39,867 nucleotides of DNA from an uncultured bacterium (GTDB taxonomy: Bacteria > CSSED10-310 > CAZUFC01): positions 1 through 39,867 of the forward strand of contig CAZUFC010000081.1 in assembly GCA_964619725.1 (NCBI GenBank). The letters run 5' to 3'. The notes beneath the pieces were generated by a model. That model was not told the origin of the DNA. It made no database searches and worked only from the letters and a program-made list of their open reading frames with translations. Shown one piece after another: positions 27,204 to 37,083 of the stretch; positions within the stretch are counted from its first letter, which is position 1, and every line of letters begins with the position of its first letter. Both the position numbers and the translations under genes were made by a program.

Positions 27204-29648
27204 ATGAACCATTTAACACGAGCAAGCAAGAATAGAGACGGAATATCTGACAGGATTCTTGGACAGGAATGGAGCCGGACAGCAGCGGTTTTCATGATTG
27301 CAGTATTGATAATCTGTTGTTCGGTAAGGGTTAGCGCTGATCTGACCCGTTATTTTTACGATGATGCGGGAAGGCTGACCAAAGTGGATTACGGCAACGG
27401 CATGAACACCATTTATGAATACGATCCTGCAGGCAACCTTCTGAACAGGGTTACGGATGCGTTTACGCCGACCGAGGTCCCGACCGCGATGCCTGAACCC
27501 AGTCCGACGCCTTGGCCGACGGTCACGCCCACCGGCGGAATCGACAGGCATGTTCCCGGCGGTTATCCGAATGTTCAGGCTGCCGTGGATGCCTGCAATG
27601 ACGGCGACAGGATTTTGCTGGCGCCGGGAACTTATACAGGCGTCGGCAATAAATTCATAGACTTCCTGGGAAAAGCGATCACAATTACTGCAGACGAAGG
27701 AAAAGGAACGGCAGTGATCGACTGCGAGGGCGAAGGAAGGGCCGTGCATTTCCACAGCGGTGAAGGACTTGACTCCATACTGATGGGCATCAGTATCAGG
27801 AACGGTTACATGCCGCTGGAAAACGGAGCGTGCATACTGATAGAAAATTCATCGCCGTCGATAATCGACTGCGATATCGAGAATACTATGGAACTGTGGC
27901 ATCAATGTTACAACGGAGCCGGCATCATGTGCCTGACGGCTTCTCCTTTGATCCAGGATTGCAGCTTCCTTAAAGGGAACGCTGCCATCGGCGGAGGCGG
28001 CATTGCATGCGACGATCAGGCGCATCCGCAGATACTGAACTGCGTTTTCAGAGAAAATTTCGGGTATAACCTTTTCACGGACGGCGGAGGCGCAATAATT
28101 TGTTCATCAGATTCCGATCCGGTCATCGACGGCTGCGTTTTCAACAACAACGAAGGCGGCAACGGAGGGGCCGTTTTCGCCATGGAAGGGTCAGCGCCCG
28201 TCATAACGAATTCGCGCTTCGTGAACAACATGTCGCATCGGGGCGGCGGCGCTTTCGCATGCGAATACGGCAGCGAACCGGTCATCAACGGTTGTTCGTT
28301 CACGGGCAACAGCAGCGCAAGCGACGGAGGAGCGGTATACATCTACGAACAGTCGAACGCACTGATACGGAATTGCACCTTCAATTCCAATATTGCGGAC
28401 AGTGACGGAGGCGCGGTCATGAATTGGGTGGATTCGTCCGCCGTAATCGAATCATGCTGCTTTGTCGACAATGAAGCGACTTATATCGGCGGTTGCGGCG
28501 CTATATGCAACCGGGCGCAGATGACGATAACGCACTGCACGTTCATCGGAAACCGGGGAACGTGCGATCCTGAATTCGGTCCCAGCGGAGGCGCTTTGTG
28601 CCTGTTTAACGACACTGTTGTGAATAACTGCCTTATTGCAGAGAATTACACTTTCCTGCACGGAGGCGCGGTTTACGCTTCCTCGGGCGACAGTGAAATC
28701 AACAATTCCACTCTGGCGGCAAACAAGGCCGGCGATACCGGACTGGGCGCAGGAATATACTGTGACGACGGAGCTGTTCTTACAATTCAGAACTCAATTT
28801 TATGGAACGACAGCTCCACAGGAGATGAGATATATGTCGCAGACGGACTGGTTACTGTATCCTTTACTGATATCCAGGGCGGATGGACCGGACCGGGTTC
28901 AGACAACATAAACAGCTATCCCGAATTCAGCGCCGGACCTTTCGGCAGCTATCACCTGGATTTCGGCTCGCCCTGCATCGATACCGGAAACGATAGAGCC
29001 GCAAATATCTGTTACCCCACATCCGAAGGTCAATTCTGCATGAGTCACGGAAGCGTATTTCCCGATTTATGGCCGGATGAAGGCATAGTGGACCTGGGAC
29101 GACATTTCCCAAGGTTCATGCCTACGCCCACTTTCATACCCACTATCGCTCCGTCGCCCACGGAACCGGTATTCACTTTTACGCACGTTCCGCCAACAAA
29201 TACGCCGACTCCGCTGACTCCCACAATGTGCCCCACTGCATCGCCGACAACTCACCCCACCGCCATACCGACACAACCATGCAGCCAAACAGGGGTGACT
29301 CTCTTCATGCCCTCGGATTACTTCCAGGCGGGAGACCCCGTATACCTGGCCGTTATGATATGCAACGCTGAGGAAGCCATGCTTACCGATAACCCCCTGT
29401 TCCTGTTGCTGGACGTTTACGGCGAATACTGGTTCGCTCCCTCCTGGATATACGTTGAAGACGGAGCCGACTACTACATGAGAAACTTTGCACCGGGCGC
29501 AAACTGGATCATGGCTATACAGGAATTCCCCTGGCCCCAGGGCGCCGGCTCTGCATCAGATATATTTTTCCATGCCGCTTTGACCGATCCCGGCGTTACG
29601 ACGCTGTTAGGTGAATTCGATTCCTGGCGATTCGGATGGGGGGATTGA
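27204..29648 (+). CDS. Secreted protein: YD hairpin + parallel beta-helix + Pro/Thr linker + conserved C-terminal domain
   Basis: GGAGGT RBS before ATG 27204, signal peptide ending VSA, YFYDDAGRLTKVDYGNG...YEYDPAGNL, VPGGYPNVQAAVD..GDRILLAPGTY, GGAI coils and a PT-rich linker. Confidence 0.88.
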   Translation: MNHLTRASKNRDGISDRILGQEWSRTAAVFMIAVLIICCSVRVSADLTRYFYDDAGRLTKVDYGNGMNTIYEYDPAGNLLNRVTDAFTPTEVPTAMPEPSPTPWPTVTPTGGIDRHVPGGYPNVQAAVDACNDGDRILLAPGTYTGVGNKFIDFLGKAITITADEGKGTAVIDCEGEGRAVHFHSGEGLDSILMGISIRNGYMPLENGACILIENSSPSIIDCDIENTMELWHQCYNGAGIMCLTASPLIQDCSFLKGNAAIGGGGIACDDQAHPQILNCVFRENFGYNLFTDGGGAIICSSDSDPVIDGCVFNNNEGGNGGAVFAMEGSAPVITNSRFVNNMSHRGGGAFACEYGSEPVINGCSFTGNSSASDGGAVYIYEQSNALIRNCTFNSNIADSDGGAVMNWVDSSAVIESCCFVDNEATYIGGCGAICNRAQMTITHCTFIGNRGTCDPEFGPSGGALCLFNDTVVNNCLIAENYTFLHGGAVYASSGDSEINNSTLAANKAGDTGLGAGIYCDDGAVLTIQNSILWNDSSTGDEIYVADGLVTVSFTDIQGGWTGPGSDNINSYPEFSAGPFGSYHLDFGSPCIDTGNDRAANICYPTSEGQFCMSHGSVFPDLWPDEGIVDLGRHFPRFMPTPTFIPTIAPSPTEPVFTFTHVPPTNTPTPLTPTMCPTASPTTHPTAIPTQPCSQTGVTLFMPSDYFQAGDPVYLAVMICNAEEAMLTDNPLFLLLDVYGEYWFAPSWIYVEDGADYYMRNFAPGANWIMAIQEFPWPQGAGSASDIFFHAALTDPGVTTLLGEFDSWRFGWGD

Positions 29649-29748
29649 TCTGGAACGCCGCGTAACGACTCAATGCCGTCGAAGAAGGAAAAGAGAGTTG
29701 TAATTACTATGGCTTGAGGTTGTTGAGGGATTCCGGGATGAAAAATTC

Positions 29749-29915
29749 GGTATTGAGCAAAAATAGGTCTGTTGTTGTTACAATTCGAAAAAATCTCCCA
29801 TTATTTTGTTTAGATTTCGATTGCGATTGCAAACCCGATCCCGATACCGACCCCGATTACTGAAACAAACCGTCAAAAGTTTTGAAAGAAGTGTAACCCC
29901 GGTTTGATCAGTCCC
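29749..29915 (+). mobile_element. ~170-bp MITE-like repeat, copy B
   Basis: GGTATTGAGCAAA...CCCGAT tract...TTACTGAAACA...GAAGTGTAACCCCGGTTTGATCAGTCCC aligns with copies A and C. Confidence 0.75.
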
Positions 29916-30053
29916 CTTATGTCCCTTTGACCCTTTTCAAACGGGGAAGTTACTCAGTCATTTTTTTTGCCGGCACAAATTGTTAATTTGCTTGATCAGT
30001 CCCGGTTTTTTGATGCGCCGAATTGCAGCATGTGTTGGATCAGGTCCGTCAAT

Positions 30054-32222
30054 TCAAGGACCGTAACTCCATTCGACGACGGCCCAGTTTCCCATCAGTG
30101 CATCCATGTTCTGGTTCAGCATAGCGCCGTAGAAAAAAATTCCCGTAACGGACTGGTTGGCTGTATCGGGCCAGGTAAATTCGTTCAGGACTTGTATTTC
30201 TGTCGTGCCGGTTGGGACGTCAAAGAAGCTGAAGTCGATTTCTGTTGAATCCGGGGGATTAAAGCGCTTCCATCCGGGAGAAAACCAGTATTGTCCGAAC
30301 ATTTCAAGAACGAAAAATACGGGGACGTCAAGTATCGGTTCATCCGGGTTGTCCAGGTATCCGGTCACCCAGAAATTTTCTCCGGGGTGAGCGTTGTTGG
30401 GCATTGATATACGGACGCCGAGAGGATAAATGCCGTCCCACCGGAGTATGGTTCCACCGTCTCCGACAGCCAGCACATTATCAACCCCGGCGGTCCGTAT
30501 ACCGAATAAGGGTTTGTCCGTTCCTATCGTCATTTTGCTCCAGGTTTTTCCATCCCAGCGAATGATAGTTCCTACCGGGTATCTGCTTACGGCGTATACT
30601 TCGTCGGGTGAGTTTCCCCAGACATCATGGAAGTCCAGGCTGCTGCCGCTGTCCATGCTTTTCCAGGAAGTTCCGTCCCAATGTTGTATTGTTCCCCTGT
30701 AACCGACGGCATAGACTTCCTCATGGCCGTACCCCCAAACAGCGCGTAGTCCTGCATCGGCTTCGCATTCCATTTCCGCCCATTCATCGCCGTCCCAGCG
30801 TTGTATGATGGGGATTTCCCCAAAGTATGCTTCGCCTACAACAAAGATGTCGTCTGACGCGGTTCCCCATATATCGTTCAGAATGTAGTCACCCCGGTTT
30901 ATTTCGGTCCAGTTATCTCCATCCCATTGAAGAACAGCGCCCATTTCCAGATCGCGTATTCCGCCTACGGCATAGACGTTGTCGGATGCGGTTCCCCATA
31001 CGCCGTATAATGGATTGTAGTGCATGGCGGTCAGCGCTGTTTCCGTCCAGGAGTATCCATCCCAGTGCAGAACGATATCTCCGTATTCATGGTAATATTC
31101 ATATCCGCCCACGGCGAAAAGATCATCAGGAGCTGTTCCCCATATCGCCTGCAGATGATGGATGTCGGTTCCGCTGTCCATGTCAGACCAGGTTGAACCA
31201 TCCCAATGCATGATTGTCCCGTATGCTCCGACTGCGAAAATATCGTCGGAAGTTGCTTCCCAAAGTCCGTAAAAGTCATGCTTTGTTCCGCTTGAGGCCT
31301 CTGCCCAGCCGTTTCCGTTCCAGCGGAGGATCAATCCGTTTGAACCTACTACGAAGAGATTGTCGGAAGAAATGCCCCATATTCCCTCCAGGCTTTCTGT
31401 TGTGAAAGTTTGCATCTCCGTCCAGGAGTAGCCGTTCCAATGGAGGACGACGCCCTGGTCTCCGACTGCGAATACGTCGTTGGAAGAAGCGCCCCATATA
31501 TCCTGAATTCCAAATAATCCTGGACAATCCATTTCACACCAGGAGTGTCCGTCCCAATGGAGGATCGTACTGTAGTATCCGGATGCAAAAACATTGCCGG
31601 GCGACGTCCCCCAGATTGCGCCGAGCCATTTCTCCGTCCCGCTGTTCATCTCCGTCCAACTGCTTCCATTCCAGTGAAGGATAGTGCCGTATGATCCTAC
31701 AGCAAAGACATTATCGGCTGCCGTTCCCCAAACGCCGTACAGGTTCTGGTTCGAAGGACTCTCCATGATTTCCCATTGCTCGCCGTCACAGTGAAGAATT
31801 GTTCCGTTTCCTCCGACTGCAAAAATATCCTTTTCTGAAGAACCCCAGACGGATGAAAGTCCTTCGGTTACGGACGTATGCATGCGGGTCCAGCAGTCTC
31901 CGTTCCAATGAAGGATCACGGGTTCCTCTTGCTCCCAGATATCTCCCCCTACAACGAATACATTGTCCTGCGAAGTACCCCACACGCCGTTAAAAGTCGT
32001 TTCAGTCCAGCTTTGCATTATACTCCATCTGCTCCCATTCCAATAAAGGATCGTCCCGCTCTTCCCGACAGCGTAAACATTATCCGGCGATGCTCCCCAG
32101 GTTTGTTTCAAATGATTGCCCTGGGGAGCAGGGTTCATCCATTCCCATCCAGCGTGAGAAACGAAATTAAAAAAAACAGGGAAGAATATGAGAACCGTAA
32201 TAAAAATGGCTTGTTTTATCAT
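30054..32222 (-). CDS. Secreted 14-repeat beta-propeller-like protein with conserved C-terminal domain (paralog 1)
   Basis: Signal peptide followed by GWEWMNP.PQGN, 14 L..VWG.S..DVFAVG..GTILHWDG..W repeats, and a CAGGAG RBS. Confidence 0.88.
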   Translation of the reverse strand: MIKQAIFITVLIFFPVFFNFVSHAGWEWMNPAPQGNHLKQTWGASPDNVYAVGKSGTILYWNGSRWSIMQSWTETTFNGVWGTSQDNVFVVGGDIWEQEEPVILHWNGDCWTRMHTSVTEGLSSVWGSSEKDIFAVGGNGTILHCDGEQWEIMESPSNQNLYGVWGTAADNVFAVGSYGTILHWNGSSWTEMNSGTEKWLGAIWGTSPGNVFASGYYSTILHWDGHSWCEMDCPGLFGIQDIWGASSNDVFAVGDQGVVLHWNGYSWTEMQTFTTESLEGIWGISSDNLFVVGSNGLILRWNGNGWAEASSGTKHDFYGLWEATSDDIFAVGAYGTIMHWDGSTWSDMDSGTDIHHLQAIWGTAPDDLFAVGGYEYYHEYGDIVLHWDGYSWTETALTAMHYNPLYGVWGTASDNVYAVGGIRDLEMGAVLQWDGDNWTEINRGDYILNDIWGTASDDIFVVGEAYFGEIPIIQRWDGDEWAEMECEADAGLRAVWGYGHEEVYAVGYRGTIQHWDGTSWKSMDSGSSLDFHDVWGNSPDEVYAVSRYPVGTIIRWDGKTWSKMTIGTDKPLFGIRTAGVDNVLAVGDGGTILRWDGIYPLGVRISMPNNAHPGENFWVTGYLDNPDEPILDVPVFFVLEMFGQYWFSPGWKRFNPPDSTEIDFSFFDVPTGTTEIQVLNEFTWPDTANQSVTGIFFYGAMLNQNMDALMGNWAVVEWSYGP

Positions 32223-32326
32223 TCTTGTTTCTCCTGTATTCAGCCGCCTTGTAAACCTTCAACTCCGGAGCTCCTGTTATGTGGAACTCCATATTGGCAG
32301 CGCTCAGAACTCAGGCCGCCCATGAA

Positions 32327-34486
32327 CTACGGCCAGAAAGACCATTCGACCATGGCGATTCTGCCCAGAGCGGCGTTCATGTCCGTGTTCAACATGGCGC
32401 CGTAAAAGCGCAGGCCGTGCATGCAGCCCAGGCCGGCGTCGGGCCATTTAAAGGGGGAGATCACTTCAATTTGCGTTTCGCCTGTGGGAACGGTCATTAA
32501 ACGAAAGTCCATCCCGCCCGTACAAGGAGGAACGAAATGGGTCCAATCATCCCAAAACCAATACTGTCCGTATACTTCTAAGACAAAGAAAACGGGGATA
32601 TTCTCCATCGGTTCGCCCGGATTATCCAGATATCCCGTGACGGAGAATTCATCTCCCGGATGAATAATGGAAGGCATGGAAAGGCGCACTCCGAGCGGAT
32701 AGCTGCCGTTCCAGCGCAGAATTGTCCCGAAGCTGCCTATCGCAAAGATATCATCAGGGGATGTTCCATGTATCCCGTAAAGGAAATTGAGCGTCGGACA
32801 GGGCATGGGGTTCCAGTTGAAGCCGTCCCAATGAAGGACGGGTGATGTTCGATCGGTGCTTGTTGCTGTGATGTAAGCATTATCGGATGACGTTCCCCAA
32901 ATACTGCTTAATGAATTTCTGTTCCCGCTGGGAATTCTTGCCCAGGAGTCATCGCGTCCGCGGACGATCGTGCCGAAAGTTCCGACGGCAAAAATGTCGT
33001 CAGGGTCTTGGCCCCATATATCCGATAGTCCGTTCCTTGTTCCATAGAATACTTCAGTCCAGCTTTCGCCGTCCCAGTGAAGACCTTGAGAACCGCTTGA
33101 TCCGACCGCGTATACATCATGAGATGAGTATCCCCAGACGCCTTTCAGGAGCATACCCGATCCTTCTTTCACGATTTCCCAATATTCGCCGTCCCAATGA
33201 GCTATATAGTAAGACATCGTTAAGAATTCACTACCCACCGCGAAAACATCATCAGAAGAGGCGCCCCAAATATCCTGAAAATCGGCCCATCCGTATGAGT
33301 ATCTGAATACGTCAGTCCAGCTTTCGCCGTCCCAGTGAAGGATGCCGGCTTCACTTTGCATTGCGCCCCCGGCAAATAAATTGTCCGGCGATATTCCCCA
33401 AACGCAATTGAGCACGCATTCCGTATCACAATGAAGTTGATTCCACGAAACGCCGTCCCAGCGAAGAATCATCGGTTCTTCATAAACGGTTTCTCCTCCG
33501 ACCGCAAATACATCATCAGGAGCGAATCCCCATATACTTCTCAAATTTCCGGTCGGTCCTTCGCTCATTTTTTGCCAGGCATCGACCTCTTTTCGATAGA
33601 GCAGACCATGTTCGGCTACAGCGAAAGCCGATGCCGCGCTGACAGCCCATATGTCATAGACTATATAATCGATTTCTATGTTTATCTCAGTCCAAGAATC
33701 GCCGTCCCAGCGCTCAATTACGCCGGTATAACCGCATACGTAAACATCATTCGATGTTGTTCCTCCTATACTGTTCAAATTCGCCGCGCTTGCGCCGTTC
33801 ATCGAAGTCCATCCGGTTCCGTCCCATCGCAGAACCAGGCCGCCGTATCCCGCGACGAAGACTTCTTCCGTATCGCTTCCCCAAACGCAGGTCAGATATC
33901 CTTCCGCTCCCTCCAATATAGTCCTCCAAAACTCGCCGTTCCAATGGAAGACGTTTTGACTGCTTACGATAAAAAGATTATTCGAGGAAAATCCCCAGAT
34001 ATCCTTAAGAGAGCTTCCAGAAAAAGTTTTCAGGTTTACCCGGGATTCTCCGTCCCATTGAAATAATGTAGTATCGTCGATAACGAAAACTTCTCCCGTT
34101 TGCGCACACCAGACAGCGTTGAACTTTAACTCGCCGCCGACATCTATATCAGACCATGCTGCGCCGTCCCAATGAAGCAGAACACCGCCCTCATCATAAT
34201 TCCAGTTTCCGCCCACAGCATACACATTCGCGGAAGAATTTCCGTGAACGTCAACCAGGTCCTTTGATGTTCCGCTCTCCATCAGCATCAACGAGGTTCC
34301 GTCCCAATGCAATATTGTCCCGTAATCTCCGACCATGAAGACATCACCTTCCGTGATCCCCCAGACTCCCTTGAGATCATTGCCCTGCGGAAGCGGATTC
34401 ATCCACTCCCAACCGGCGAAAAGCGGCAGGGGGCAAAGGAATAAAACTATGAATGCAGCAGCCATGAAGAACCGTTGAACAATCAT
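32327..34486 (-). CDS. Secreted 14-repeat beta-propeller-like protein with conserved C-terminal domain (paralog 2)
   Basis: Same architecture as paralog 1. The start is moved to ATG 34486 (MIVQRFF...), which has a GAAGGGAG RBS and gives a normal signal peptide. Confidence 0.88.
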   Translation of the reverse strand: MIVQRFFMAAAFIVLFLCPLPLFAGWEWMNPLPQGNDLKGVWGITEGDVFMVGDYGTILHWDGTSLMLMESGTSKDLVDVHGNSSANVYAVGGNWNYDEGGVLLHWDGAAWSDIDVGGELKFNAVWCAQTGEVFVIDDTTLFQWDGESRVNLKTFSGSSLKDIWGFSSNNLFIVSSQNVFHWNGEFWRTILEGAEGYLTCVWGSDTEEVFVAGYGGLVLRWDGTGWTSMNGASAANLNSIGGTTSNDVYVCGYTGVIERWDGDSWTEINIEIDYIVYDIWAVSAASAFAVAEHGLLYRKEVDAWQKMSEGPTGNLRSIWGFAPDDVFAVGGETVYEEPMILRWDGVSWNQLHCDTECVLNCVWGISPDNLFAGGAMQSEAGILHWDGESWTDVFRYSYGWADFQDIWGASSDDVFAVGSEFLTMSYYIAHWDGEYWEIVKEGSGMLLKGVWGYSSHDVYAVGSSGSQGLHWDGESWTEVFYGTRNGLSDIWGQDPDDIFAVGTFGTIVRGRDDSWARIPSGNRNSLSSIWGTSSDNAYITATSTDRTSPVLHWDGFNWNPMPCPTLNFLYGIHGTSPDDIFAIGSFGTILRWNGSYPLGVRLSMPSIIHPGDEFSVTGYLDNPGEPMENIPVFFVLEVYGQYWFWDDWTHFVPPCTGGMDFRLMTVPTGETQIEVISPFKWPDAGLGCMHGLRFYGAMLNTDMNAALGRIAMVEWSFWP

Positions 34487-34703
34487 AATACTCCCTTCAA
34501 AAGCGTTATTCCTTTTTTCTGATTTTGATAAAAACGCTTGTTTGATCGTACGAGAAAAATTAAAGCAAGTCAATAAATTACAATGCTGGGTCATGTCCTG
34601 GTTTGGGCCCTGATCGAATGTGATTGAATTTCACATCTCCTGACATTGACTGATAAAAAATTGTGAACTGTTTGACGAAAATTCAGCAATGATCAAAAAA
34701 TTC

Positions 34704-34768
34704 GGCATTGATCAAAAAATCGGCTTTTGAGATTACAATTATACAGAACCTTCCATCAATTGATTTCA
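34704..34768 (+). repeat. Truncated left end of the ~170-bp element (copy D), preceded by a duplicated end motif
   Basis: GGCATTGATCAAAAAATCGGCTTTTGAGATTACAATT.ACAGAA..CCATCA matches the first ~65 bp of copy A. CAGCAATGATCAAAAAA lies just upstream. Confidence 0.6.
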
Positions 34769-34839
34769 ATATGTTAGGTTGTCCTTATCAGGAGTTCTGA
34801 ATTACCCGGCTTATGTGCTCATCGCGCCCGTTCATTTTT

Positions 34840-35427
34840 TTAGAATACATAACTTATTCCGAAGCCCCATTTTGACGAAGCATAGTTTCTTGTCGTTAAA
34901 GAGCTTTTAAAATCGAACCAGTTTACTCTTGCATCCGCGAAAACGGTGAAATGATTTTTGATTTTAAATTCTATACCGAAGCCGGCTGCAACGCCGAGAT
35001 CGGTGTGTTTTGACGACCACCAGCCTGACGATTCCCAACTGGAAAAGTTTATGCTTGGTCCGATCAGGAAATAAGGTGAAAACGGCGCTCGGTGCAGGTC
35101 GCTGATTTTTAGAAGTACGGATACAGCAGTATTCTGAAATTTTTCTTTTGGGGAGTAATTGTGCGGCGAATGCACCCTCTCATGATCATAAGTCAGTTGA
35201 AAATTCAATACACTCTGCCGCGTCGATCCCAGTAAAAAAAGGAAAACGGGATTATCCTCGTTGCAATAGGAAAACTCTGAGAAATCCAGTTGCGAGGAGG
35301 TGTAATATCCCATTCCGATATTGACGGCGCGAACCGGTGAGGTCTCCGTCAGGATGATAAAAATGCAACTAAAAATTAGGAGCATAAGCAGCCATGAAGA
35401 ATTAACTTTTCGATTACCCTTTTTCAT
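34840..35427 (-). CDS. Small outer-membrane beta-barrel (OmpA/OmpW-like membrane domain)
   Basis: Signal peptide, FSPYFLIGPS, LGVAAGFGIEF, VFADARVNW and a C-terminal beta-signal WGFGISYVF. ATG 35427 chosen as the start. Confidence 0.75.
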   Translation of the reverse strand: MKKGNRKVNSSWLLMLLIFSCIFIILTETSPVRAVNIGMGYYTSSQLDFSEFSYCNEDNPVFLFLLGSTRQSVLNFQLTYDHERVHSPHNYSPKEKFQNTAVSVLLKISDLHRAPFSPYFLIGPSINFSSWESSGWWSSKHTDLGVAAGFGIEFKIKNHFTVFADARVNWFDFKSSLTTRNYASSKWGFGISYVF

Positions 35428-35468
35428 TTTTTTTTCCAGAGCAAACAGTAAATTCACGGAAATAAATC

Positions 35469-35496
35469 TTGACCTTTAACTGACTATCATTATAAT
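35469..35496 (+). promoter_or_regulatory. sigma70-type promoter for the small Cys protein
   Basis: TTGACC, 16-bp spacer, TATAAT. Confidence 0.5.
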
Positions 35497-35556
35497 CCCC
35501 GTCTGTTTGCGTTGTCAACGCAGGAACAAAATGAAAAAAAGGACGAAGGAGATTTT

Positions 35557-35757
35557 ATGATGACGGTTAAAGATTTAAGAAAAATAGCGAAGGAGCGCGG
35601 CGTTAAAACCCGAAATTTGCGAAAGGTTCAACTGGTTAAAGCGATTCAGAGGAGTGAAGGGAGTTTCGACTGTTTCGGTACGGCTGTCGACGGATACTGC
35701 GATCAATACGGATGTTTATTCAGGGAGGATTGTCTGTCGATGAAGAGCAGGCGGTAG
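35557..35757 (+). CDS. Small Rho-N/SAP-like protein with four-Cys C-terminal motif
   Basis: MTVKDLRKIAKERGV....RKVQLVKAIQRSEG followed by CFGT...YCDQYGCLFREDC. AAGGAG RBS before ATG 35557. Confidence 0.8.
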   Translation: MMTVKDLRKIAKERGVKTRNLRKVQLVKAIQRSEGSFDCFGTAVDGYCDQYGCLFREDCLSMKSRR

Positions 35758-35913
35758 TATTATTGAAGTTCCCGGGTTGAACGAGCAGAGAAACGAAAAA
35801 ATCCCCAGCTATGAACAAAAATTCGCAGCGTCGGTCCTCCGGGTCCGCCAAGTCCGCTGTTTCCGCATGGCAAAATCAGACATTAAAAGATAAAGAACGC
35901 ATTATCGTTGCTG

Positions 35914-36590
35914 TTATTTTTCAGAGCGACCGAATGATTTTGAAGCGATAAGCGAGCCGACCAGGAGCATCAGAACGGCTGCGCCGGCGGTGTTCACGGC
36001 AGGAACAGGTTGCGGTTCGGTGGGAGTGGGGCTCATTGTCGGCGTTGCTGTGGGGGCTGAGACGGTGATGTTGATTGAATCGTCATCAGTGCGGGAATAA
36101 AGATCAGGTTGAAATCGCCGAAAAACATGTTGATTCCGATCAATGAATTGACCGTGTTGATTCCCGATACATAAGATGAATGATCCGTCCCCAGCATCAG
36201 TCCACCGCCGTGCAGCTTCATATTTTCATAATAATTCTCCGTCAAGTTCTGCCCTTCAGAAGTATGACGGCCGTTCCAGTAAGATGAGATTATTCGGGCG
36301 TCGCAGATAATGGCGCGACTCGGATCGTCATTGAACCAGTCCGCGACGGCCTGCCAGTCCGTGGGATAATTGTCGGTGGAATGTGAAAGATCGAATATCC
36401 ATATCTGGTCGTATGTGGTCTCGTTTATTAACTGCGCAGCCTGTCCGTCAGCGGAAAGATTCACCCAGTCTGCAACCGCTCCGGCATTTACCAGCGTCTC
36501 ATAAACGCTGTAACCGTCCGCGTCGTAAGAAGTTCCGTGAACATTGATCATCAATACCTGGTGTTCGGCGACCGGCGTCGGCGTCAAAAA
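35914..36590 (-). pseudogene. 5'-truncated, frameshifted relic of a surface protein with an IPTL-CTERM-like tail
   Basis: The globular acidic domain starts abruptly at a TPTP linker with no signal peptide. Near 36090 another frame reads TDDDSINITVSAPTATPTMSPTPTEPQPVPAVNTAGAAVLMLLVGSLIASKSFGRSEK* (stop 35914-35916). Confidence 0.65.
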
Positions 36591-37083
36591 GGCGTGAACG
36601 CTTGAAAAATTCGTCAAAAGGCAAAATAAGGCTGTAAATTCAGAACTCTTGACATACCCTAGTCAAACAATTGATTTTAATAGATTTTTACTCTCACTAA
36701 ATCGGCAAAATTATTTGAAATATTTTTGGATTTCACGACAAGCAATATTGATATGATTTGAACCGTGATCCGTTTTCATCAAAAAAATTCACAATTCTTT
36801 TCAGGCACATTGTCAGGAGCTCAGAAATTACAAAATTTCGTCTCTTCATCGCTCTTCCTCCATAATCCGTTTAAAAAAACACTGGAAACATGGTTTCTTT
36901 CCGTTGACTCATCCCTTTCATAACGGATTATTTTTGAAAGATCAATTCGATGCGGTTTAACTGCTTTTTGTCTAAAATGGCGATTCTCCCGTTTTTCTGC
37001 GTCGTTCATAAGGATTTGGCTGTGCGGCGTATGCCCGATACGCCTCCGCAAAAAAGACACGGGGATAACTTGATAAAAAAGTC

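Noticed and set aside
30054-32692. Similar 3' ends as a diversity-generating retroelement TR/VR pair
   Set aside because: Both copies are coding and differ at all base types rather than adenine-specifically, and no reverse transcriptase is in the window.
34487-34594. 36-aa N-terminal extension of propeller paralog 2
   Set aside because: It displaces the signal peptide, and ATG 34486 has a clear RBS and matches the paralog length.
36821-37060. 79-aa minus-strand ORF
   Set aside because: No recognisable domain or clear RBS. It cannot be excluded but is unsupported.
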